A stretch of DNA of 64,000 bases, taken from positions 14,414,304 through 14,478,303 of the forward strand of contig CM082578.2 in the NCBI GenBank assembly GCA_040954595.2, in the 5' to 3' direction. Under the pieces are notes generated by a model, which was not told where the DNA came from, did not search any database, and saw nothing but the letters and a program-made list of their open reading frames with translations. Every line of letters starts with the position of its first letter. The stretch's first letter is position 1. The position numbers and the translations under genes were made by a program. This stretch comes from Balanoglossus misakiensis (taxonomy: Eukaryota; Animalia; Hemichordata). This document shows positions 52,201 to 61,479 of this stretch, piece by piece.

Positions 52201-55200
52201 GCCTTTCTTGCCATCTTACTGGTGTTGCTGGTTGCCCTTGTCTTCTTCAAGTGGAGGTAACGTAACACAAACAAACACCAAGTAGTTGACGTGTCATGTG
52301 ACCTATCCAGATGAAAAGTACTTGTAGTCTGCAAATGTAACCACTTTTCCCTATTTTCTTGTGGAGGGGTCTAAACCCTACCATTGAAACCAGAGGGATC
52401 AGGGTTGATACCAAGGAAAACACCTGAACTACAGACAGCAAATCTTGAAATCTTAAAGCAGTAAAACAATATTTTCATTATATTTTTATCTGAGGTGTTG
52501 GCCTGGTAAAACCCAATCATATTACTGCAAAGGTTTCCTTTCTTTCTCCATAAGAAAAATCTACGAGTTCTCTTCATCACAGACTACTGTTGATATTTCA
52601 GAAAGAGAATTCGGACCTCTCACTACTACACCAGAGCAGACTCACCTCCCATGCAGCCACCACTAGAACTAGGCGTACCAGACTTACAGGGTAAGTTTTC
52701 GCAATAAATGTGCCGTAGGGATTTTAGACATCTATGCAGAAAGCTTGTAAGATAATCTGCATCAAACATTACCTTGATTACAATTTCCATCCTTTGAAAC
52801 TTGTTTTAAGTCAATCACATAATTGCACCACATAGAATTCACAAATGTGCACACCATAATATTGTTTTTGGCAGCCTTGCTGGATCACAAGAGTATAGTA
52901 AAGGAAGACTTTGAAAAACACGTCATGGCTATGCATGCTGACAGTGACCATGGTTTTTCAGTGGAATATGAGGTATGTATGATTCATGCAAAGAAACCAC
53001 GGTCCAATCTGACATTTAGCATTCAGGTTTCGATCTTCAAAGAAGACAGCTCATAAATGCATCAAGTTAATGCACTCTTAACTTGTTTTTTGGCTCAACA
53101 TGAGAGAAGAGTATAATTTACAAATGATCATACATGATAGTAATCATACATTGTTGCTGCTCCATTACCTATGGATCAATAACCCTCCTATCATACACTT
53201 TCAATTGATCTGTTGACAAGGTGTAGATTTATCAGTTTCTGAGAAATCAATTCCTGTCTAGACATGATCCCCTTCTAGTGTCTGTAAAAAAACACAGATG
53301 GATGTCTGTGTTCACCTCTCGTCAACACTTGAAGAAGACAAACACTTCTTGTCCGACATGAGTATAACATTTCATGTTTTCAAATGTTGCGTTTCACCAC
53401 AAACTTTCGCAGACACTGTCCAGCAGTGATGTGGGGAAAACAAGGCATCAGTTTGCAACAAGGTGACAGGAATCTAAGACAAAAACATGTCAAAAGAATG
53501 GTAGTCTGCTGCAAAGTTTAATAATAAATACAAAAATGCACATGGAGTGATATATTGATCACACATACGCCATGTCAGACAGACTGGCATTCATCGATTG
53601 TGACTTGTACTACCTTAACGATATCACTGTTTTTGTTTTCCCTGTAGGATATACGGAAGGTCTCCACAAAACACTTGTCATACTTACACTCCAAGCTACC
53701 AGAAAACAAAAACAAAAACAGATACCTTGATATAGTCGCCTGTAAGTATACAAATGTACTTGTCTAGAAAGCGTTAGAATTTCGCACCCAAGGTACAATT
53801 ACAGTTTGCTTTTGATAGTTGTAAGTGTTAATTATATGCATATCACTCTATTAATTCCGGTGTTAAATCTCTCCTACAGATGATCAAAGCAGGGTCCAGT
53901 TGATACCCATCAGCGCTAAACAAAAACATACTGATTACATAAATGCCAATTATGTTGACGTAAGTGTACAATCTCAAATCACAAGACGAGTGATTTTTTA
54001 CTTGTCTATAAAATTACATATTGTATCTGTGAGACTTGGGTTGGTTGTTGATCAAACGTGGGGACATTATGTGTAGTTGACATGCACCTTGTTTCAATTA
54101 GAAAACTGGTTGAAGTCATGTGTGGCATCCTGTAACTGCAGTGACATAAACCTTCGTAATTCCATTTTGCTTCACAGGGTTACTACAAACCAAAGGCATT
54201 CATAGCATCACAAGGTACGGTTGTCAGGTTGAACCCTTTCAAATTTCTGTTTCCATGGAAATAATTGTTTTGCCACTATTTTTTGACCCAAGAATAACTT
54301 GCCAAAGAATATATTGAATCTTAAGAGATGAAGCATTGTACATGAATGATGAACATACAATGTATCTCTGTGTTCCAAAAATGTTTTTATTGTCCTCAAC
54401 AGATACTTTATATTATAAAATAAACAGTAATTTATAAAAATGTTTCCATTTTCCGGACAGGTCCTTTGAAGAGCACAGTAAATGATTTTTGGCGGATGAT
54501 ATGGGAACAGGGAGGTGTCATCATCATAATGCTGACAAATCTTGTTGAAAAAGGCAAGGTGAGTCTGTGAAAGATGAGAATTTCTGATTTGTCTGGAAGT
54601 TTGCCTGTCAAACATGGTCTGCATATACATTTTGTGCTCTAACTGACACTAACATACCTTGCTGTAAATTACCAAGTGGTTAAATTTTGTGGTGGTTTTA
54701 TCTTCCTGCAGAAAAAATGCGAACAGTATTGGCCGTCAGAAGGTACAGAGGTGTATGGCTACATTGAAGTCACATTGGAAGATACAAACAACCTTGCTGC
54801 ATACACCATCAGAAGATTTACAGTGAAAAATCTCAAATCTAAAAAGGTATTCTTGTAAAAGATCTGCATGATCTTCCTGTTGCAATGACTCAGTTTCATG
54901 ATAGTTTGAGCATGGTTGCTATTAAGATTGGAAGGAAACATGCCCTATTGTATGAATGAATGTGTGTGTGGTGCGGAGGTTTGTAATTTGTAAAGGAAGT
55001 CAGATAACCACATGTTTGTGTCCATCAATGGCATATTTCCGGGATTATTGCAAAGTGAAGTGAGACTGAACTCCAAGTGTACAGCTGATATGATTGACTG
55101 AAGCAGAACTTTACAGAATAGCTCAGTCATGCACCCTGTGGTCTTTGTGTCTTTTATTATAGAAGGGTTAATGGCTTAAGCTATAGCGTAGCGAAACTGG

Positions 55201-58200
55201 ATTATACCCACTACGTCTGTCCCTCTTCATTTTTGATAATACATGTATTTGTGTACATGTATCTCCACAGGTCAGAGGTCAACATGTTGACAGAATGGTC
55301 TATCAATACCACTACACAGCATGGCCAGACCACGGCATCCCAGAAGACAGTCTGCCTGTCATCTCTTTTGTGAAAAAATCATCTGCTGCAAATCCGCCTG
55401 AAGCTGGCCCTATCATTGTGCATTGCAGGTATGTATCTTTACTTCTTGTATCTTGTTTGGGTTGAGGTGAGTTTGCTTACCAAAATATCATCTCAATATA
55501 ATCTCATCTTCGGAGATGTGTGTCTTATTCCTCTGAATTTAAAAAAAATGGCTGTTATACTTTTTGCGTCACAGTGCTGGTGTTGGCAGAACTGGGACGT
55601 ACATTGTGATTGACACCATGCTGAAACAACTCAAAGACACCCAAAGGATCAACGTTGTAGCATTCATGAAACACATCAGACAGCAGAGGAACTATCTTGT
55701 ACAGACAGAGGTGAGTGGAGTTTCTTGCAAAAGTCTGATGTCCTGATTGGGGTTCTCTTCATTGCTTAGCAACCATGGATTGTCATGTGACACTCAACTG
55801 ACCCACTGTGTCTCTGTCTAACAGATACAATACACTTTCCTCCATGATGCGTTGCTGGAGGCGATACGCAGTGGCAACACTGACATCAACTTGGATGACT
55901 ACAACGGTTATCTGGAGAAACTTGAGGAAAAAATCCTGCTGCCCAATGAGGCTGAGATATCGCTTCTTGAAAAGCAGCTTCAGGTGAGATTGGATTCAAA
56001 GACCGCAGTTTTCTTTTTGTTTTCAGGAATTACTGGAGTAGAAGTTTATTTGACAAAGTTGGGCAGAAAAGAGAGCGTGTTTTTCACTGTGATTCCCAAA
56101 TCTCAGGTTACCAGTTGATACAAAAAAGAAAGAATGTGTACCTCATTATACAATGAGGGCGCTAGTCATAGCTCACAATGTTCTTAGCCAGCGCTCACAT
56201 TTGTGTGGTTTATAGGTTTTCTTTGGTTTCGTGTATAGTTTGATTTGAATCATATTCTTTTAAAATATATCACCCCTCTCAAAGGTTTGCATAATTTGTT
56301 TTTCCTTGTTCACTTGCAGAGAATTAACAAATATATGCCCAAAGAATATGAACTGCAGTCAGCATTACGACCATATAACAAATCCAAGAACAGAAGTCTA
56401 GATAAGCTCCCAGGTATATTTTTCTTTGTTTAAATGTCATATTTGGTTGCTTTGTATATTTACTCAATACTCAGCTCTTTACAGGAACTTTGCAGTACAT
56501 GTATCTGGTTTCAAAGTTTCCTATGTGTTTGCTGTGAAAAATTCTTGCCAAACCAGTCTGACATCACTTAAAGATTCTGAATTGAAAGCCACATCACAGC
56601 GTCCCTTGCTTGATCAAATATGTAGAGCTGATTATTCTCAACCATCAAGAGTCAGTGAAAGTTCTTCTTTTGTGAATTACATCATCAGTTTATGTGTATC
56701 TCATTGACAGTTGAGAGGTCAAGGGTCAAGTTGGTGCCAAAACCAGCAGAAGATGGTTCTGATTACATCAACGCATCCTTCCTGCAGGTTTGTCCGTAAC
56801 AAACTTATCACAGTTTAACATTTTTGAAGTAGAGAAATACATATCTTAACCACCATTTGTTGGTTGCTCAAACATTATGATACAAGACCTGTCACTCAAA
56901 TACTGCACTTTCGATACGCAGTACACATAATAGCATGTTCACCAGATTCACAGGAAGTGTTTTATGATTTTTGATGGATGTAGGGATACCGGTCAAGTCA
57001 GGAGTACATTGTAACCCAGCATCCTATGCAACAGACCGTGGTTGACTTCTGGAGAATGATCTGGGATCAGAACTCGGAGACAATCGTCAGTCTGACAAGT
57101 ATGGAGAGCATGGTGAGTTAGTTAACCTTTTCACCACCACGGTTCAATCGCACAGTGACTGAATGCCCATAGCAGTTACAGTGCAAAGTGAATGATTACA
57201 CAGCACTAGACTTGAATGAAGTTTCTGAAAACCTGTGCTGTTTTGACTTGAATTGTTTGCGTGTCTTCTGCTGCTGCAGGAGGATGGTGACTTGGTCCTT
57301 TATTGGCCCACTGGAGAAAACAAGAACTATGACTGCGGTAATTTCACCGTCACACTGACCAACGAGGAACATCATTTGAATATGATTACTAGAGATTTTC
57401 TATTGCAGTCTAGTCAGGTAGGATAACGGGTTTATTTACAGTCAACAGTATTTTGTGCTGCCTTTGTTGATAACTTTATCCTTCCTCATTCCCAAATGCT
57501 TACTGTCGACTCGATGCATCACTTTCAGGACGACTACATGATGAACGTACGCCAGTTCCAATATGGCTACTGGCCTGAAAGTTGTACTCCAGATACTGTC
57601 TTTGAACTTGTCACGGCCGTTCAGAAGTGGAAACAGCAGTTTGAGGGACCTGTCACGGTCCATGACAAGTAGGTGTAGTCCTTTTATTTGAGTGCATATG
57701 CCTAATACATGGAAGTCCCAGTCCTTGTAACACCTCTTCCCATTTGGAAAATAATATGTTCAATGTACAGTTCAATGTCTCTGCTTTGTATCGCATCCTT
57801 AACCCTTTCACCCCCAGTTCCCTCTTTGGAGGTCCAACTTTAGGATAGAAAACAATGGGTTTGGATGAACCATGGTGGTGAAAGGGTAAAGAGGCTGTGT
57901 GTGAACACCATGTAAGTACTAACCACAATGAGAATATCTGTTCATCTGCAGACTTGGTGGTTCAACTGCTGTGGCATTCTGTGCTCTGTCCACGCTTAAT
58001 CGGCAAATCAGACATGAAGAATACATGAACATCTATGAAATTGCAATGCTGTATAATCTCCGTAGACCCGGTGTTTTTCCAACCAAGGTAAATCTTTCTC
58101 AGTTGTTTGTGACCATCGTCATTATCTGGCAGTTCTGTCTCGTATTGCATGTAATACATGAATTGTATACATTTCCACTCTGCAGGAGGACTATTTGTTC

Positions 58201-58704
58201 TTATTTACTTCGATGAAGACCGCTATTGAAACCAGACACAAGGAACGAAAGCTGGGCAGTGGCAGACATCACCTGCCGTCCAATCACATCGCGTCTCACA
58301 AGAAGCACCACAGCAACGCCGTCGACTCTATCCGGCGCGCATTTTCACTTCACGAAGACCGCCGGCCGCACCTGGCAAACAGCAACGTGGCACGGTCACA
58401 CTCCTTCTCCTCAGAGCACGGCGGAAGTCCAAAGAGCGGCTCGGCCAAGGCGAAGAAACGGAACAGTGAGCTGCACAGTCCGAAGATCGCGGAGGAAGAA
58501 GCAGAAACATTAAACGAGGAAGACGAACTGACCACGTTGCACAATGCGGACGGTGACGTGGCTGTGAAATGGACAAAACCAGCGGATGGTGTCTTGACGC
58601 CGAAGAACGATTCAGAAGACCGCAAGCTCTCCAACAACAACAGCTCAATGTCAGATTACAGAGAATCTGGCTTTGAAGAGGATGAAGTGTTTGCCGAAGT
58701 GTAA
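40216..58704 (+). CDS. Ptp99A: Receptor-type tyrosine-protein phosphatase, R5 subfamily (PTP99A-like; PTPRG/PTPRZ1 pro-ortholog), 26 coding exons, about 1282 aa
   Basis: All 26 exons have GT-AG boundaries and join in frame (3849 nt). Domains: signal peptide, Ig, 3 FN3, TM, wedge [22 protein letters not shown]1 with [21 protein letters not shown], and D2 with VHDKLGG (Cys-to-Asp, typical of R5 PTPs). Confidence 0.93.
46105..46541. mobile_element. Tc1/mariner-like MITE (437 bp) with internal duplication
   Basis: TA-CAGTGCAGCTTAGGAATAGCTTTCCAA ... TTGGAAAGCTATTCCTAAGCTGCACTG-TA, perfect 27-bp TIRs; internal repeat with 128-bp period (46172 and 46300). Confidence 0.85.
47150..47410 (+). CDS. Ptp99A: PTP exon 2, Ig domain
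   Basis: VVLSC...VEWMKDG...DSGTYQC, phase 1-1. Confidence 0.92.
47490..47723. mobile_element. MITE-like element with 37-bp inverted termini
   Basis: gacatggttgagagcccagaacatgagaatggctgta vs the reverse complement at 47687-47723, one mismatch; no clear target-site duplication. Confidence 0.7.
48220..48340 (+). CDS. Ptp99A: PTP exon 3, FN3-1 N-half
   Basis: [25 protein letters not shown], phase 1-2. Confidence 0.92.
49270..49490 (+). CDS. Ptp99A: PTP exon 4, FN3-1 C-half
   Basis: ...[23 protein letters not shown], phase 2-1. Confidence 0.92.
49757..49840 (+). CDS. Ptp99A: PTP exon 5, Thr/Pro-rich linker (candidate cassette exon)
   Basis: ttctag acceptor, gtaagt donor, 84 bp, phase 1-1, [28 protein letters not shown]. 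Confidence 0.78.
50194..50388 (+). CDS. Ptp99A: PTP exon 6, FN3-2 N-part
   Basis: [25 protein letters not shown]...YNLTGL. Confidence 0.92.
50623..50715 (+). CDS. Ptp99A: PTP exon 7, FN3-2 C-part
   Basis: [31 protein letters not shown]. Confidence 0.9.
51161..51205. repeat. (TC)n/(TCTCAC)n microsatellite forming a polypyrimidine tract
   Basis: tctctctc...tcactctcac upstream of the exon 8 acceptor. Confidence 0.9.
51226..51528 (+). CDS. Ptp99A: PTP exon 8, FN3-3
   Basis: [10 protein letters not shown]...VMWAEP...[16 protein letters not shown]; AAG acceptor after TC-rich tract. Confidence 0.88.
52052..52256 (+). CDS. Ptp99A: PTP exon 9, S/T-rich stalk and transmembrane helix
   Basis: [22 protein letters not shown] followed by KWR. 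Confidence 0.92.
52602..52690 (+). CDS. Ptp99A: PTP exon 10, juxtamembrane
   Basis: [29 protein letters not shown], phase 2-1. Confidence 0.88.
52875..52972 (+). CDS. Ptp99A: PTP exon 11, wedge region
   Basis: [23 protein letters not shown]. Confidence 0.92.
53648..53741 (+). CDS. Ptp99A: PTP exon 12, D1 pTyr loop
   Basis: [14 protein letters not shown]. Confidence 0.93.
53880..53959 (+). CDS. Ptp99A: PTP exon 13, D1
   Basis: YDQSRVQL...DYINANYVD. Confidence 0.93.
54178..54214 (+). CDS. Ptp99A: PTP exon 14, D1 (37 bp)
   Basis: [12 protein letters not shown]. Confidence 0.93.
54461..54558 (+). CDS. Ptp99A: PTP exon 15, D1
   Basis: [17 protein letters not shown]...[10 protein letters not shown]. 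Confidence 0.94.
54712..54846 (+). CDS. Ptp99A: PTP exon 16, D1
   Basis: [16 protein letters not shown]...YTIRRF. Confidence 0.93.
55271..55428 (+). CDS. Ptp99A: PTP exon 17, D1 WPD loop
   Basis: [14 protein letters not shown]...GPIIVHC. Confidence 0.94.
55575..55710 (+). CDS. Ptp99A: PTP exon 18, D1 P-loop
   Basis: [14 protein letters not shown]...[11 protein letters not shown]. Confidence 0.95.
55825..55983 (+). CDS. Ptp99A: PTP exon 19, D1 end and linker
   Basis: [19 protein letters not shown]...LEKQLQ. Confidence 0.92.
56320..56413 (+). CDS. Ptp99A: PTP exon 20, D2
   Basis: RINKY...[13 protein letters not shown]. Confidence 0.92.
56711..56787 (+). CDS. Ptp99A: PTP exon 21, D2
   Basis: [26 protein letters not shown]. 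Confidence 0.93.
56984..57112 (+). CDS. Ptp99A: PTP exon 22, D2
   Basis: [30 protein letters not shown]. Confidence 0.93.
57280..57417 (+). CDS. Ptp99A: PTP exon 23, D2
   Basis: [18 protein letters not shown]...RDFLLQSSQ. Confidence 0.92.
57529..57668 (+). CDS. Ptp99A: PTP exon 24, D2
   Basis: [18 protein letters not shown]...GPVTVHD. Confidence 0.92.
57803..57886. mobile_element. ~85-bp piggyBac-like MITE, copy 3 (PTP intron, opposite orientation)
   Basis: TTAA-ccctttcacc...ggtgaaaggg-TAAA. Confidence 0.82.
57952..58087 (+). CDS. Ptp99A: PTP exon 25, D2
   Basis: [16 protein letters not shown]...RRPGVFPTK. Confidence 0.92.
58186..58704 (+). CDS. Ptp99A: PTP terminal exon, D2 end plus long C-terminal tail
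   Basis: tgcag acceptor, EDYLFLF...[14 protein letters not shown] stop. Confidence 0.92.
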   Translation, partial: EDYLFLFTSMKTAIETRHKERKLGSGRHHLPSNHIASHKKHHSNAVDSIRRAFSLHEDRRPHLANSNVARSHSFSSEHGGSPKSGSAKAKKRNSELHSPKIAEEEAETLNEEDELTTLHNADGDVAVKWTKPADGVLTPKNDSEDRKLSNNNSSMSDYRESGFEEDEVFAEV

Positions 58705-61281
58705 AATTTTAGACTTCTTGATGTTAACGCAGATTTTGAAAGGAAAAAAATTGTTTACAAATCACAATCCTGCCAAGTGTAAAATTATTAATTTCATGAT
58801 CAAAATCATACATGTATAGTAGTTTTAAGGCACCTTCGACTTATGAAATGGAGCTGTTGGCCGGAAAGTTTGTACAGAGTGTCCTCTATGTCAAAGGTCA
58901 GGAAATGGGTTGTGGGCTTGACCACAGTCTCCCAAGTCTTTCTGTTTTTTTTGAGAGCAAGACCTTGGCGGGTGAAGTTACAGAAAATCATGACCTTTGT
59001 GGTGTTATATGCTTATATATGCTTATAACAAAATCAAGACCTGTCGGTGTGTCAAAGTGATTGAATAATAAAATTTTTATGTTTGTATATATCCAGAGAG
59101 ATTTTTTTTTATTTTATATGGTCAGAATCTGGAATTGAAGAGAACTCCGAAAACAGTGTTTATAATTGTTGATTCATTTGCCCATTATTGTAAATAAGTA
59201 TTCTGTGATGTTTTCGTTTCGTCTGCTAACTGATGTTTAGAAATTGAAAATTTCTGGACTGCGAATTTTTATCCATAACTGTATTATTTTAATTCACATT
59301 TTTTTATTCACTGAGAAACAGGGATTGTGAAGCTGTGGTGATAAATTGATTTCAAATGGTTTGGCTGACAAATTTTAAATTTTACTTTTTTCTGAAATCA
59401 CAGACTTAAGTAGACTTCAAATATTGCACCAGTTAGCCTGAGGCAGCCATTGTGTTATGAGATTCACAACTTGCTTTTATAGAGACAAAATTATTTACTG
59501 GAAACCTGTAGCTGGTTTGAAAGATTTGCTGCATGGGGGCGCTCTTCAACCCAAGTGTAGCTGACAGTTGCAGGTTGTTCTTTCAGAAACCGCAGACAAA
59601 GCTGCATTTAATTGAAATGTACAGATTTTGCTTTTTCTCACGGCCCTGTTTATGTAAATTAAAGTGAGCACGTAGCATTCTGTTTTATTCGTGGGTAATA
59701 CTGCTGCGACTGCATTTCTCGAGGAACATTGTTTTTTTTCCATGGTTGCAGAAAGAAAGGTAAACTGTAAATATACAACTGCGCTTCCTAGACAGATGTC
59801 ACATTATTACTGTTGTTTTTAGATTATTGGGTGTCACTTCTAACTTTCACTGCCTTCATAGGACAGACAGGTGTCTTCAAAATGCTATGGATGTGTTCAC
59901 ATTTGTTTTATTTAGTACCTTCCCTACAGTAATGGAATGATCCCATTGTGGAAGATTCCATATGACCGAGGAGTGGGGAAGCAGAAGATATTTTAGATAC
60001 AGAGTACATTCATTTTTTAAAAGCAATATATTGTTTTAGTGTTTTTTTTCCAGAGTTAGATGCATGTATGTATTAGATGAAGATGTTGAGACGGACCTTA
60101 AACAACTGTTTCAAACATAAAGCTCTTATATTTCATGATTTAACTGTAATATCACAGTTTTTTGTAAACATGACAGCCTAATTAGTTTGTTGGATGTCTT
60201 TCTTTTTTATCTTTTGGCACTGCGTTTGATAATTAACTAGAAGCATCTCCAAAGTCTCAGAAGATGCCCATAGTTTGTTTTCTAGTACATGTATACTGGT
60301 CTGTTCTCTTTTCATTTCAAGAACAAAACAGATTCAGCAGGCGAATATTGCAATCAAGCAAATCAGCTGGTGCTCTGGTGGTTCCATAATGGTTGCCATG
60401 GCATTCTGCGCATTTGCTTTCAACTCCCATTGGAAAACAGTGTATTTCTTGAAGGTGAGATTGCAGATACCTTCATCTAATCAGTTCTTGAAACTCTAAT
60501 ATAAATGGAAATATTTGAAAAAGTTTCGTTTATTTGAATATGTTCCCTAAAAGGTGCTCTTTGCTTTAATGTCCAAGTAAACTGGGGTCACAAATCTGGG
60601 CAAATGGAAACATCTTTCAAAAGATGTGTTTGCCTTTCCAGTTTTTAATTACATTTGTATTTAAGCTGCACTGACGTTTTGTAGTGCTATCTCAAACTCA
60701 AAACTTCAGCATTTTTTAATATTTTGAAATTTTTGAAATGGCTTTCACCTGTACACATTAAAAGTGAACTCGTAGCACCATTGATAATGTGAAACTTATT
60801 AAAGGTTTTATCTTTGATTCATTTTTTTTATAATCGTCATATACATAAAGGTAGAGATTTGTGTTTTATTTCATACCTGCGCATAGCTGTATCTATCAAT
60901 GTTTCTTGCCATATATCACATCATGAACTTTAGGGTATATATTTTACAAAAATAAAACATCTACAGTCAGGAGAAAATAAAAATTGTTCTATTAAGATCA
61001 TCAAGTGCACACAAGCAGTATTTGAGAACTTGCTTTGTTATTTGTTGGGTTTACAGTTGAATACTCTGTGTTCTGAAGTATGTTCATTCTCTTGAATTGT
61101 CATTTCAGATTCCCTTGAAAGAGTAGAAACCGTGTTTCCAACAAAACAAACCTCACCAAGGAACTTTCCATCAAAGAAACCAATAGATACATTTTTGTAT
61201 ATATCTTTTAAACAACATTGCCAGTGGTGTCAAGACACCTGATGGTATTTGAAAGAGAATAGACATGCACATGAAAAATAA

Positions 61282-61366
61282 CCCTTTCACCACAATGGTT
61301 TGGTCCAAATCCATTGTTTCCTATGGTGAAGTGGAACCCCTAAAGAGGGATTTGGGGAAGAAAGGG
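61282..61366. mobile_element. ~85-bp piggyBac-like MITE, copy 4 (downstream of PTP stop)
   Basis: ccctttcaccacaatggtttggtccaaatccattg...gaaaggg. Confidence 0.78.
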
Positions 61367-61473
61367 TGAATGAGCATGGCATTTTGTCCTTATGATTGTT
61401 GGAAACATGAAAATCATAAAACTTGAAGGTCGTTTATTTCTGAGATGTTAATGTCATTTTCAGCATTTGTGTT

Positions 61474-61479
61474 AATAAA
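61474..61479 (+). terminator. Candidate distal poly(A) signal of the PTP gene
   Basis: AATAAA followed by T-rich sequence; alternatives at 59067 and 60951. Confidence 0.3.

Noticed and set aside
55163-55166. Possible 4-nt micro-exon AAGG after a pyrimidine tract in a D1 intron
   Set aside because: The donor (gttaat) is weak, it needs a second alternative acceptor at 55278 to keep frame, and exons 16 and 17 already join in frame.
58226-58648. Overlapping alternative-frame and antisense ORFs in the PTP last exon (similar ones at 14565-15155)
   Set aside because: These are by-products of GC-rich real coding exons.
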